Positions 43,875 through 53,724 of a stretch of DNA of 64,000 nucleotides are shown piece by piece; position 1 is the first letter of the stretch, and every line of letters begins with the position of its first letter. The DNA is from Acidobacteriota bacterium (GTDB lineage Bacteria > Acidobacteriota > Terriglobia > Terriglobales > Acidobacteriaceae), in contig JAFDVP010000009.1 of assembly GCA_018268895.1 (NCBI GenBank), positions 169,757-233,756 of the forward strand, read 5' to 3'. The notes under the pieces are model-generated. The model was not told the DNA's origin and did no database searches. It saw nothing but the letters and a program-made list of their open reading frames with translations. Position numbers and translations under genes: made by a program.

Positions 43875-44591
43875 TTATCCCAGCCTCATATAGAAAAGGC
43901 TCAGCCGCGGCAGACCGTGAGCTTCGAGCAGCCTCTTTTGCAAAAACTGCTGCTGCACCTGTTTGATCTGCACAGCCTGCATCTTTCCGCGATACGGTGA
44001 CAACTCATGTGCTGCCTGTTCGCGCAACTGGGTCAACTGTTCTTCACTGGTTGCAGTCAGCAGGCCAGCGAAGAGCTTTTCTTCGAGGACCGTTAGCGTC
44101 CGGTCCATCTCTTCAAGATGCGGTGAGGGTCCGGTTCGCGCGTTCGTGGCCAATGCGCGCAATCTCGCGACGATCTCCTGAGCGACGGCATCCGCAGGCG
44201 CTCTCAGCTTCACAGCTTCGATGATCCCCGCGTTGTCTTCAAGGTAGGCTGCGATTCGCTCAGCTTCAAAACCGCTCTCAGGCCCTGATGAATCCTCAAC
44301 GGAGGATGCTCCGATCGCCGCTTCCATCGCCTGTTCGGTAGATTCCATGACACTCTGCGCGCACCATGCCAGGCCGTTGATCTTGCGCGTTCTTCCGCTT
44401 GCGCGTCTCAGCTTTTCGTCGTGTTTGTCGAAGGCATTGTCGATACCGCGCAGCACGGCCTCAAGCGGTATGCCGCCTTCACGCCACGTCTCGATTAAAG
44501 CCCAGTCCAGCGTCGAGAGCATGAGCAGCGAGCCGCGCCGCTGCTGGAAACGTTCTTCGATCTCCGTGAAGTAATTGAAGTAGTTGCGCAT
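43875..44591 (-). CDS. Conserved hypothetical protein (possible DnaD/DnaB_2-like N-domain)
   Basis: Tightly packed in the operon (8-10 bp gaps); NYFNYFTEIEERF...LSTLDWALIETW...GIPLEAVLRGI. Confidence 0.8.
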   Translation of the reverse strand: MRNYFNYFTEIEERFQQRRGSLLMLSTLDWALIETWREGGIPLEAVLRGIDNAFDKHDEKLRRASGRTRKINGLAWCAQSVMESTEQAMEAAIGASSVEDSSGPESGFEAERIAAYLEDNAGIIEAVKLRAPADAVAQEIVARLRALATNARTGPSPHLEEMDRTLTVLEEKLFAGLLTATSEEQLTQLREQAAHELSPYRGKMQAVQIKQVQQQFLQKRLLEAHGLPRLSLFYMRLG

Positions 44592-44599
44592 TGCTGTAA

Positions 44600-45406
44600 C
44601 TACGCTCCGCGCTTCCTGTTCCTGTCCAGGCTGCGTTCGTAGATGATGCGCAGGCCATTCAGGGTCAGCATCTCGTCGACGACACCGATGTACTTTGAGC
44701 CGCCGGCGATGAGTTTCGCGAGGCCGCCGGTGGCCACAGTCTTTGTCTCCGGTCCAAGCTCAGCGATCATGCGCTCCAGAATGCCGTCGACGAGTCCGAT
44801 GTAGCCGTAGTAAAGACCGATCTGCATGTGGTCGACTGTGTTTGTTCCGATCACCTTCGCGGGCTTTTTAATGTCGATGCGAGGCAATCGCGCTGCTCGC
44901 GCAAACAACGCATTGGCAGAGATACCGAGTCCTGGGGCAATCGCGCCGCCAATGAACTCGCCTTTTCTGGAGATCACATCGAACGTGGTAGCAGTGCCCA
45001 TGTCGACAACGATGGCCGGGCCGCCATATTGCTCGTAGGCTGCCGCACAGTTGACAATGCGGTCCGCGCCTACCTCTGAAGGATTGTCCGTCAGGACTGG
45101 AATTCCGGTTTTTACTCCAGGCTCGATGAACAAAGGTTTCACGCCGAAATAAACCTCGCATGCTTTCCTCATCATCGAATCGAGTGGCGGCACGACAGAA
45201 GAGATTGCTACGCCTGTTACGACATCCGTCTTCAGGCCACGCAACTCGAACATCTGTCGCAGCAGCATCCCGAACTCATCAACCGTCTGTTCCCTGGGGG
45301 TTGTGATTCGCCAGTTCGTGACAACCTCAGCTTTGCCGCCGTCACAGCCAAGCTGAAATAGTCCAATCACAGCATTGGTATTGCCTACATCGAGTGCCAG
45401 TAGCAT
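44600..45406 (-). CDS. coaX: Type III pantothenate kinase
   Basis: LALDVGNTN, SSVVP, VGADR, VDMGTATT, GGAIAPG, ATGG. Confidence 0.96.
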   Translation of the reverse strand: MLLALDVGNTNAVIGLFQLGCDGGKAEVVTNWRITTPREQTVDEFGMLLRQMFELRGLKTDVVTGVAISSVVPPLDSMMRKACEVYFGVKPLFIEPGVKTGIPVLTDNPSEVGADRIVNCAAAYEQYGGPAIVVDMGTATTFDVISRKGEFIGGAIAPGLGISANALFARAARLPRIDIKKPAKVIGTNTVDHMQIGLYYGYIGLVDGILERMIAELGPETKTVATGGLAKLIAGGSKYIGVVDEMLTLNGLRIIYERSLDRNRKRGA

Positions 45407-45431
45407 CTTCGCTCTCCCGCCTCGTTATTGC

Positions 45432-46235
45432 TTATTCAATTTCGCGCACGCCGCCTGAAAGCACCGTACGTTTCACGCCATCATCGCTATCTACCTTCAG
45501 AAATCCTTGTTCGTCGAGACCGGCCGTTACGCCAGTATATCCCCCCATCTCATCAACTCTTACTCGCTTTCCGCGTACCCAGGTCGAGGCCTCGGTGAAA
45601 CGCTCAAGCAAATCGCTTGTCCTATGTGAATCGCGCGCAAGCCGCAGTACCTCTTCATCTAAATCACACAGCAACGACGCCAGCAGTTGTTCACGGGATA
45701 TCGTGTGCCCGCAGGCTATCCGCAGGGATGTGGCCAGTGCCGCGAGATCTAAAGGAAAACTCTCATGGTTCAGGTTGATGCCTATGCCAATCACGGCATA
45801 CTTCAGTGAAGCCGGCTTGTTGCGTTGCGAGGGAGAGACGGCAGTCTCTACCAGAATTCCACCACATTTTTTGCGGTGGATCAGCAGATCGTTGGGCCAA
45901 CGAATGTCAACGGTGAGGTTTGTTGTTCTTTCTATGGCGCTTCTCACCGCCAGCGCGGTCGAGAGCGATAACCTGAGCGCATCGTTTGCAGGCAGTTCAG
46001 GCGCAACCAGCGCACTCACATACAGCCCGTCATCCGGCGACGAGTGCCATTGATGTCCACCGCGCCCGCGCCCGGCAGTCTGTTCATCGGCCACCCATAC
46101 TCCGCTTCGCGCTCCATTCTGTGCAGCCTCAAGAGCAAGCGTATTCGTCGAGCTGACGGAAGAGTAGTGCTGCACCTGCGCGGCAAACTGTGTTCCAGCT
46201 ATGCTCGCGCGCACCGATTCAAGGTCGAGTTGCAT
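45432..46235 (-). CDS. birA: Biotin--acetyl-CoA-carboxylase ligase (no N-terminal HTH)
   Basis: STN, QTAGRGRGG, RWPND, KKCGGILVE, GIGIN. Confidence 0.93.
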   Translation of the reverse strand: MQLDLESVRASIAGTQFAAQVQHYSSVSSTNTLALEAAQNGARSGVWVADEQTAGRGRGGHQWHSSPDDGLYVSALVAPELPANDALRLSLSTALAVRSAIERTTNLTVDIRWPNDLLIHRKKCGGILVETAVSPSQRNKPASLKYAVIGIGINLNHESFPLDLAALATSLRIACGHTISREQLLASLLCDLDEEVLRLARDSHRTSDLLERFTEASTWVRGKRVRVDEMGGYTGVTAGLDEQGFLKVDSDDGVKRTVLSGGVREIE

Positions 46236-46240
46236 CGCGG

Positions 46241-47125
46241 TCAGTAGACATCCGCCGTGATGCGCATGCTGAGGTCCACGGCAATCGCCGAATGCGTGAG
46301 CGCGCCAACCGAGATGAAGTCGACACCCGTCAGCGCATACTTGCGCACCGTCTTCAGGTTCATGTTGCCGGATGCCTCGACTGGCACGCCGGGCAGCGCG
46401 CTGCGAATCTGCTTGACGGCTTTTTTTACCTGCGTCGGCGTCATGTTATCCAGCAGAATCGATTCGGCCCCTCCGGCAATCGCCTGTTCAAGCTCAGTCT
46501 GATTGCGGACCTCCACCTGCACCACCTGACCAGTCTTACGGGCCTTCAGCGTTTTCTCAAGCACGAGAGGAAGCCCGCCTCCGAGCGAGATGTGATTGTT
46601 TTTGATCAGGATGCCGTCTTGCAGATCGAGGCGATGATTCGTGCCTCCGCCACAGGACACGGCATATTTGTCGAGCACTCTCAGCCCAGGAATCGTCTTG
46701 CGAGTATCAAGAACCTTCGTCTTTGTCCTTGCCACAGCCGTGACGAACTGATTGGTCAGCGTTGCAATGCCACACATGCGCTGCATCAGGTTCAGAATCA
46801 CGCGCTCGGTCGAAAGCAGCGCCGCGGCATTATGCCTGATTACCGCGAGCGGCTGGCCAGCGCGTACTTTGACACCGTCAAAGATCTCCGGGTGACTGAT
46901 GACCTCGAACCTCCCCACGGGCTGGCTGTGCATCTTCGCAAAGATATCCAGAAATACGGGGATGCATCCCAGACCCGAGACCACGCATGGTTGTTTGGCG
47001 ATGATCGTCCCCGAAGCGCGCAGCTTCGGATCGATCGTCAGCGAGGTGGTGATGTCATTGGCGGCCTTGTCTTCGGCCAGCGCTGCTTCGAGGATCGCCC
47101 GTATCCGTTTGCTCTTCCAATCCAT
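46241..47125 (-). CDS. nadC: Nicotinate-nucleotide diphosphorylase (quinolinate phosphoribosyltransferase)
   Basis: ED....DIT, ERVILN, DTRKT.PGLR, HRLDL.DGILIKNNH, LLDN, SGN, SVGALTHS. Confidence 0.96.
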   Translation of the reverse strand: MDWKSKRIRAILEAALAEDKAANDITTSLTIDPKLRASGTIIAKQPCVVSGLGCIPVFLDIFAKMHSQPVGRFEVISHPEIFDGVKVRAGQPLAVIRHNAAALLSTERVILNLMQRMCGIATLTNQFVTAVARTKTKVLDTRKTIPGLRVLDKYAVSCGGGTNHRLDLQDGILIKNNHISLGGGLPLVLEKTLKARKTGQVVQVEVRNQTELEQAIAGGAESILLDNMTPTQVKKAVKQIRSALPGVPVEASGNMNLKTVRKYALTGVDFISVGALTHSAIAVDLSMRITADVY

Positions 47126-47242
47126 GCACTTAATCCTAAACCTGCCGGCGCGTATCCTGCTCACAATCAATAGCAAAGCCTGCCCGGTTCAATGTTCTTC
47201 CAGGACAGGTCTATAATCCCCGCTTCATAGGGAGGTTCCGAT

Positions 47243-47698
47243 ATGCCAATTGATCGCAATCCAATCGCCGACAACAAGGAGATTGCACACCGCTTCATGG
47301 ACGAGTGCTGGAACCTTGGCAAGATGGACTCGTTACGCGAGATGGTCGCAACCGGCTGCCGTATTCACGATCCGGTCTTTCCTGCGCTTACCTCTGGCGC
47401 AGGCAATTTTGCGCGTCATATCTCGATGTGCCGGAACGGCTTTCCCGACCTGAACTTCACAATTGACGACACGATCGCAGAACGCAACGAGGTCGTGCTT
47501 CACTGGACTGCTCGCGGAACGCATCGCGGCGTCTTCCTCGGCATGCAACCGACGAACCGCAGCGCTACTGTTTCCGGAACCAGCATCTTTCGTATCGACG
47601 ACTGCATGATCGTCGAGATGTGGGCCGACTGGAACCTGATGACGCTCATGAACCAGTTAGGCGCCGCCGTTCCGCAAAGAGTCGAAGCGAAGGTTTGA
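47243..47698 (+). CDS. SnoaL-like ester cyclase / NTF2-fold protein
   Basis: FPDLNFTIDD, W..RGTHRG.FLG..PT.R; GGAGG RBS. Confidence 0.88.
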   Translation: MPIDRNPIADNKEIAHRFMDECWNLGKMDSLREMVATGCRIHDPVFPALTSGAGNFARHISMCRNGFPDLNFTIDDTIAERNEVVLHWTARGTHRGVFLGMQPTNRSATVSGTSIFRIDDCMIVEMWADWNLMTLMNQLGAAVPQRVEAKV

Positions 47699-47745
47699 CT
47701 CCGTTCCACCAAAACGGATGGGGCGTGTGGCTCTGCTCTCCGCAA

Positions 47746-50538
47746 TCACGCAGAGGGCAGAGCGTTCAACGCAGTCCTTGCCTTCTCATAAAGCATTGTT
47801 GTCTCAGCAGACTGCTTCCGCAGCCCTTCGACGATGTGTGCCGGGGCCTTCGCCATAAAGGCCTCGTTGCCAAGCTGCTTTTCGGCAGCAGCCAGGCCCT
47901 TTTCGAGCTTGGCCATCTCCTTCGTCAGCCGTTCGCGCTCGGCCGCTACGTCGATCTGCCGCTCGTAGACAACGGCAACGTCGAAACTCGCTGTGGCTCG
48001 GGCGGTGCTGCCTGAAAGCGTCTCAGCGGAAAAACCAAGCTCCGACACGCGGGCCATCCTTGCCAGCATGTCGCGGTTTGCATCGGCCAGCGCAAGGATA
48101 CGATTCTCTGCGTGCAGTTTGATAGGCGTGGCTTCCTTCTCCGGAACGCCAAGTTCCTTGCGCAGCGCGCGTACGGTTGTGATCAACTCCTGGAGCGTTG
48201 CCATCGCGGCAACAGACGCGGGATCGGCGGCGAAATCATCTGCCTGTGGGTAGCGTGTCAGAGCAATCGACTTTGCAGGAGGATTGCCTTCGTACAGGGC
48301 ATGCCAAAGCTCTTCAGTCAGAAATGGCATGAACGGGCTCAGCAGTCTCAGCGCCGCTTCAAACGCTGCGACCAACGATGCCAACGTCAATGCCGTCGTT
48401 GCATTCTTCTCCGTGCCTTCGCCAAACTCCAGCCGCAGCTTGACCAGCTCCAGATACCAGTCGCAGAACTCACCCCAGAAGAACTGATAGACAGCGGCGG
48501 CGGCCTCGTCGAAGCGGTAATCGGTGAGCGCCTTATCGACCTCGCTCGTTACGGCGCTGAGGCGGCCAAAGATCCATCGCGTCTCCAGCGGTGTGTCAGA
48601 TGGAAGCTCAGGCACAGTCCCGCTGGCGAGCATGGAGACCTTGTAGCCCGCTTCCTTCGCGCGGTCGATCTGCACAAACAGAAACCGCGCCGCGTTCCAT
48701 ATCTTGTTCGCGAACGCGCGATACCCTTCGGTCCGCGATTCGCTGAAGGCGATGTCTGTACCAGGCGAGGCCATGCTTGCCAGCGTGAAGCGCACGGCGT
48801 CGGTGCCATACTTTGTGACGACCTCGATGGGGTCGATCACGTTGCCCTTGGTCTTCGACATCTTCTGCCGGTCCGCATCGCGCACCAGGGCATGAATGTA
48901 GACCTCGCGGAACGGCACAGCGTCTTTCAGCGTGCGCGGCTGGAATCCGCCAGCACCGTCGGGCATCGGAACGTCGAGCATGAAGTGGCAGCCCAGCATC
49001 ACCATCCTCGCCACCCAGAAAAACAGGATGTCGAAGCCTGTGACCAGAACGTCAGTCGGATAGAACGCTGCCAGATCCGGCGTTAACCCATTCGATCCCG
49101 GCTCGCCCGGCCAGCCGAACGCGGTGAAGGGAAGCAGGCCGCTCGAGAACCATGTGTCGAGAACGTCCGTCTCCTGCGTTAGATCGCTCGATCCGCATTT
49201 GCCGCAGGCTTTTGGCGTTTCACGAGCGACAGCAATCTCCGCGCACTTCGCGCAGTGCCATGCAGGAATGCGGTGGCCCCACCATAGCTGCCGCGAGATG
49301 CACCAGTCGTGGATGTTCTTCATCCACTCCTCGTAGGTCTTGCGGTACTGGTCGGGAGTGAACCGTATATAGCCTTTATCGACGGCCTCGATGGCCTTGT
49401 CGGCGAGTGGCTGAATCTTAATGAACCACTGCTGCGAGAGCCGAGGTTCGATCACCACTCCAGTGCGCTGGCTCAGGCCGATCGAAAGCGTGTGGTCTTT
49501 TACATCAACCAGCAAGCCTTGTGAGCGAAGGTCTTCAACGATCTTCTCGCGTGCAGCATATCGCTCCATGCCGTCATACGGCGATCCCGGCAGGGCTACG
49601 TGTGCTGTCTCATTCAGGATCGACAGGTTCGGCAGTCCATGCCGCTGCCCGATGGCAAAGTCATTCGGGTCATGTGCAGGAGTCACCTTGACCGCGCCGG
49701 TGCCGAACTCAGGCTTCGCCCAGTCGTCTGCAAGAATCGGGATCTCACGCTCAGGGCTGCCGTTGACGCTGCTTAGCGGCAGCTTCACCAGTTTGCCGAC
49801 GAGCGCCTTGTAGCGGTCGTCCTCGGGATTCACAGCGACAGCCACGTCGCCGAGCATCGTCTCCGGGCGCGTTGTCGCAACAACGATGGAACCCGTGCCG
49901 TCGGCCAGCGGATAACGCACATGATAGATCTTGCCTACGCGCTCTTCGTGCTCCACTTCGAGATCGGAGACGGCGGTCTGAATCGCGGGGTCCCAGTTCA
50001 CGATGTAGGCGCCGCGATAAATCAGCCCCTGCTCCCACAGGCGGACGAAGCACTCCTTCACGGCGACGCTCAACCGATCGTCCATCGTGAAGTACTCGCG
50101 GCTCCAGTCGACGCTGGCACCAAGCCGCCGCATCTGGTCGAGAATTGCGCCGCCGTAGACGCCTTTCCACTCCCAAACACGTTTGATGAAGGCGTCTCGT
50201 CCGAGCTCGCGACGGTTCTTTCCTTCGCTGGCCAGTTGACGCTCCACCATCATCTGCGTGGCAATACCCGCGTGGTCGGTGCCGGGGACCCAGACCGCGG
50301 TCTCGCCGCGCATCCTGTGCCACCGCGTCAGGATGTCCATCTCCGTCTGGTTCAGCATGTGGCCCATGTGCAGGCGGCCCGTCACGTTGGGCGGGGGCAG
50401 CAGCATGGTGAACTTCTTCGACGCATCGCTCGTACTCTCTGGTGTGGCGACGTCGAACAGGCGTTCGTGGACCCAGTATTCGGCCCAGCGTTCTTCAATA
50501 ACGGACGGATCGTATGCCTTTGGCAACTCGTAACTCAT
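47746..50538 (-). CDS. valS: Valine--tRNA ligase
   Basis: PPPNVTGRLHMGH (HIGH), DHAGIATQ, WCISRQLWWGH, KMSKT, C-terminal coiled-coil arm. Confidence 0.98.
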   Translation of the reverse strand: MSYELPKAYDPSVIEERWAEYWVHERLFDVATPESTSDASKKFTMLLPPPNVTGRLHMGHMLNQTEMDILTRWHRMRGETAVWVPGTDHAGIATQMMVERQLASEGKNRRELGRDAFIKRVWEWKGVYGGAILDQMRRLGASVDWSREYFTMDDRLSVAVKECFVRLWEQGLIYRGAYIVNWDPAIQTAVSDLEVEHEERVGKIYHVRYPLADGTGSIVVATTRPETMLGDVAVAVNPEDDRYKALVGKLVKLPLSSVNGSPEREIPILADDWAKPEFGTGAVKVTPAHDPNDFAIGQRHGLPNLSILNETAHVALPGSPYDGMERYAAREKIVEDLRSQGLLVDVKDHTLSIGLSQRTGVVIEPRLSQQWFIKIQPLADKAIEAVDKGYIRFTPDQYRKTYEEWMKNIHDWCISRQLWWGHRIPAWHCAKCAEIAVARETPKACGKCGSSDLTQETDVLDTWFSSGLLPFTAFGWPGEPGSNGLTPDLAAFYPTDVLVTGFDILFFWVARMVMLGCHFMLDVPMPDGAGGFQPRTLKDAVPFREVYIHALVRDADRQKMSKTKGNVIDPIEVVTKYGTDAVRFTLASMASPGTDIAFSESRTEGYRAFANKIWNAARFLFVQIDRAKEAGYKVSMLASGTVPELPSDTPLETRWIFGRLSAVTSEVDKALTDYRFDEAAAAVYQFFWGEFCDWYLELVKLRLEFGEGTEKNATTALTLASLVAAFEAALRLLSPFMPFLTEELWHALYEGNPPAKSIALTRYPQADDFAADPASVAAMATLQELITTVRALRKELGVPEKEATPIKLHAENRILALADANRDMLARMARVSELGFSAETLSGSTARATASFDVAVVYERQIDVAAERERLTKEMAKLEKGLAAAEKQLGNEAFMAKAPAHIVEGLRKQSAETTMLYEKARTALNALPSA

Positions 50539-50640
50539 GTCTTTTAAGCGTAGCATCTGAGCGGTAAGTCTTTGTCCTGTGCCTTGGTGGAAGAGCTTGT
50601 CGCGTCTTGCCGCTGCCATACATTCCACTACGAGGTTCCA

Positions 50641-51183
50641 ATGCCCGGAAGATCAGGAAAACTGATGCGCCCCATCCTCTCCCTTGTCCTGCTACCCGCG
50701 CTCGTTGCGTTACCGGCCTTGGCCAAAGGCTCCCATGGTAACGATCGTGCGAGCTTCGGCAACGCGATTGAAGTGCCCGAAGGAGAGTCCGTTGGTGACA
50801 TCGCCTGCGCCTTCTGCTCTGTACACGTCCGTGGCGAGGTGACCGGCGATGTCGCCGTCTTCATGGGGTCCGTCGATGTGGAGCCAGGCCATTCGATCGC
50901 CGGAGACACTGCAATTGCCGCCGGCGATCTCCACCTCGGTGAGGGCTCAGCCGTCAATGGCGATGTGGCCATCGTCGGAGGCGATGCGAAACTTGCGGAA
51001 GGCGCCTCCATCCATGGCTCCCGCGCCATCCTGCCTCCTCCTCTGGGAACGATCATTCTTCTCTCGCCGTTGCTGATTCTTGCGGGGATCATCTGGCTGA
51101 TCGTCTATCTGGTCCGGCGCAGCCGCTACCGCTTTCCCGCCTACCCCCAGGGGGGTGGAATGCAACCACCCCGTATCCGCTAA
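50641..51183 (+). CDS. Membrane-anchored beta-helix (bactofilin/polymer-forming-like) protein
   Basis: Signal peptide, CAFC, repeats G-x-V-x-GD-V-x-V-x-x-G, C-terminal TM followed by RR. Confidence 0.7.
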   Translation: MPGRSGKLMRPILSLVLLPALVALPALAKGSHGNDRASFGNAIEVPEGESVGDIACAFCSVHVRGEVTGDVAVFMGSVDVEPGHSIAGDTAIAAGDLHLGEGSAVNGDVAIVGGDAKLAEGASIHGSRAILPPPLGTIILLSPLLILAGIIWLIVYLVRRSRYRFPAYPQGGGMQPPRIR

Positions 51184-51278
51184 AGCTTTTGTCGTGAGCG
51201 TCTATCGTTCAATGGAACCTGATGGGGGCGGCTAGCGTATCTGACGATTGCCGCGGGTTGCTCAGGCCGCAACCGCGC

Positions 51279-51824
51279 ATGTCTTTGAACCTCTTCGGGA
51301 GCAGAGCTGTGCTATCAAAAGCAATCCGGTTCCTCGGCCTCGTCCTTCTCGCCTCTCTACCGGCGACTCACGCCCAGGCGCAGGGTGGCTCCCGCACCTA
51401 CTTCAACCAGGACATCTTCATCGCCCAGGGACAACAGGTCCATAACGCAACCTGCATCTTCTGCTCCGTTCAGGTGGAAGGCGACCTCACCGGACGAGTG
51501 CTCGTTCTGTTCGGGAATCTCAATGTTATTGGTCGCGTCGATGGCCGGGCAACGGTCATCGGAGGGAACGCCGTCATCGACTCGCAGGCCCGCATTGGCG
51601 GCAATGCTCTTGTAGTCGGCGGCAACGCCGTCTATGAGACCGACGAGTCGATTTCAGGCAATGCCTGGGTCATCGGCGGACATCTGTCGCCCGTAGGCGG
51701 AGTTCGGCCACGCACATCGCATCGCGCCTCGTTCAGCCCGTATGTCTTTTCTGGCGCTGCTATCGCGGCCTTCCTTCTTCTGTCGATGCTGTTCATTCCC
51801 CGGCGACGCTCTGAAGAGGCCTGA
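51279..51824 (+). CDS. Paralogous membrane-anchored beta-helix protein
   Basis: Signal peptide, CIFC, repeats G-x-I-x-GN-A-x-V-x-GG, C-terminal TM followed by RRR. Confidence 0.7.
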   Translation: MSLNLFGSRAVLSKAIRFLGLVLLASLPATHAQAQGGSRTYFNQDIFIAQGQQVHNATCIFCSVQVEGDLTGRVLVLFGNLNVIGRVDGRATVIGGNAVIDSQARIGGNALVVGGNAVYETDESISGNAWVIGGHLSPVGGVRPRTSHRASFSPYVFSGAAIAAFLLLSMLFIPRRRSEEA

Positions 51825-51843
51825 CCCATATCGGAAAAGACGA

Positions 51844-51867
51844 AAGCCCCGGAGCATTCCGGGGCTT
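51844..51867 (-). terminator. Intrinsic terminator of bamD
   Basis: AAGCCCCGGA-GCAT-TCCGGGGCTT, followed on the minus strand by TCGTCTTTT. Confidence 0.8.
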
Positions 51868-51888
51868 CAGCCGCTAACGGGGATCTGT

Positions 51889-53667
51889 TTAGAAAGGGTT
51901 GATCTTTCCCAGGCCCTTCTTTTTCTTGTGCTTGCTTGAGGACTCCTCGTCCTTGTCATAGGTTGGCTTCGGCGCCTTCTTCCCATTGGCCGCAGTCGCA
52001 GGCTGTCCAGGAGCCTGGGCACCGGGAACCACATCGTTGATCGCATCTGGAGCCGCGGCAGGCTTTTCAATCGGAGGAGCGGCCACGTTGTTCACCGGTC
52101 CAACCGGTTTCAGGCCTCCCATCGGGTCGGCTGCCGGAGTTCTATTTGCTCCCGGTGTCAGGACTTCAACCCCCATCGCATTGGCTCCGCCGGAGGCAGG
52201 GGCCGCCGTCGTGGTTGCGCTCGGCACGTTCGTCATTACAGCGCCGCTTGCACCATCTCCCGTTCCTGCGCTCGGAATATCCTGCAATGCCAGGGGAGCG
52301 GCAGGGGCTGCGGGCTGGGCAGGAGCAGAGGGCTGGGCAGCAGCAGCCGTAGCAGGCGCCGCGCCTTCAGCGGGCTGCGTGCCGGACGTGGTTGCGGCCC
52401 CGGGATTCTGAGCATTCTTATAGTCCTCGATGATCTGCTTGGTCACCGACGGCGCCAGGGTAGGTTTGGGGTCGATCATCGCAGGCTCGCCGGAGTGGGC
52501 GGCCATCACAACGTCCGGACGGCGAAGGATCATCAACATCGCACGGCTTTGCAGGCTGTACTGTCCGCGGCTGTTTTCCAGCGCGGCGCTGGCTGCTGCC
52601 TGTTCCGGCGTCGGTGTCGGAATCGGAAGGTTCATCGCCGCAAGACGGTCGCGTGCATCCTCGACGTGCGGCGCGGCAGAGTGTTCGAGCGCTACCTTGC
52701 GGTAAGCATCCGCAGCCCGTCCCTCGTAGATACTTACCAGCCTGCCCTTTGCATCTTCGCTCAACTGCTTTTGCGCACGGATGATCCGCGCCTCGGCTTC
52801 ATAAGCATCGCCCAGAGCTACCAGCGTATCGTCCATGTGGCTGTACTGCGGGTACGTGTCGGCAACCGTCTGGTAGCGCGCGATCGTCGCGGGCCAGTTC
52901 TCGCGCGACGCGTAGTAGGAAGCGATGTCGGCCTCGCGTGTGGCAAGAACCTCCTGCACCTCACGCAGACGCTGCTTGGCCTGCGGCACCAGCGTCGAAT
53001 CCGGGAACTGCTGCAGCATCAGGCGATACTCCTCCTGCGCGTGCAGGGCCTTGGAGTAGTCGCGGTCAGGCTTGTCCATCTGCCTGAAGTAGATGTCGCC
53101 CACGCGCATCTGGGCCTCGGCAGCCTCGGGGGCGTTGGGGAAGAAGGTGATGAAGTCCTTGTATTCCTGCTCGGCCTGCGTCAGGGCAGCCGTTCCGCCT
53201 TCGCGATACCAGCTGTCCGCGATAGCAAGCTTTGCCTTCATCTGGTACTGCGAATCGGGATAGGTGTTCAACAGCGTCTGCAGGTCGAGACGCGCAACGT
53301 CGAAGTGCCCCTTCTTTGTAGCTACAAGGGCCTTGTCGTAAAGCTGGCGGTCTGGCAGCTTGGCGTCGGCAGCCGCAACGGCATCGGTCTTTTTCTCCGC
53401 TGCCAGGCGCTTCTTGGTGTCCTTCGACTGAACGACCTTTTCCTCTTTCTTCTCTTCCTTCTTGCTCTTTTTAGAAGGCGATGCCGATAGCGTTACCGAC
53501 TGCTGCTGCTGTCCGTTGGCATCGGTCGTCGTCTGGGTTGAGCCCGTCACCTGCGCGAAGGCGCTCGACGTTACGATAAGCGCGGCAACAGCGATACCGG
53601 CGACCATGCCAGCCCTGAGGCTCGGGAAAAACGAGACGCCTGGGAAGAAAGAAGAGCGACGATTCAT
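51889..53667 (-). CDS. bamD: Outer membrane protein assembly factor BamD with extended termini
   Basis: TPR repeats (LQTLLNTYPDS, YKDFITFFPN, QMDKPDRD...A..EY..MLQQFPDS, ARYQTVADTYP) and a Pro/Ala-rich tail. Confidence 0.85.
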   Translation of the reverse strand: MNRRSSFFPGVSFFPSLRAGMVAGIAVAALIVTSSAFAQVTGSTQTTTDANGQQQQSVTLSASPSKKSKKEEKKEEKVVQSKDTKKRLAAEKKTDAVAAADAKLPDRQLYDKALVATKKGHFDVARLDLQTLLNTYPDSQYQMKAKLAIADSWYREGGTAALTQAEQEYKDFITFFPNAPEAAEAQMRVGDIYFRQMDKPDRDYSKALHAQEEYRLMLQQFPDSTLVPQAKQRLREVQEVLATREADIASYYASRENWPATIARYQTVADTYPQYSHMDDTLVALGDAYEAEARIIRAQKQLSEDAKGRLVSIYEGRAADAYRKVALEHSAAPHVEDARDRLAAMNLPIPTPTPEQAAASAALENSRGQYSLQSRAMLMILRRPDVVMAAHSGEPAMIDPKPTLAPSVTKQIIEDYKNAQNPGAATTSGTQPAEGAAPATAAAAQPSAPAQPAAPAAPLALQDIPSAGTGDGASGAVMTNVPSATTTAAPASGGANAMGVEVLTPGANRTPAADPMGGLKPVGPVNNVAAPPIEKPAAAPDAINDVVPGAQAPGQPATAANGKKAPKPTYDKDEESSSKHKKKKGLGKINPF

Positions 53668-53724
53668 CAGCTAAGACCTCACATCCGCCTCGCACCCTTG
53701 GGGGCGCTCAGGCTCGCTTCTATT

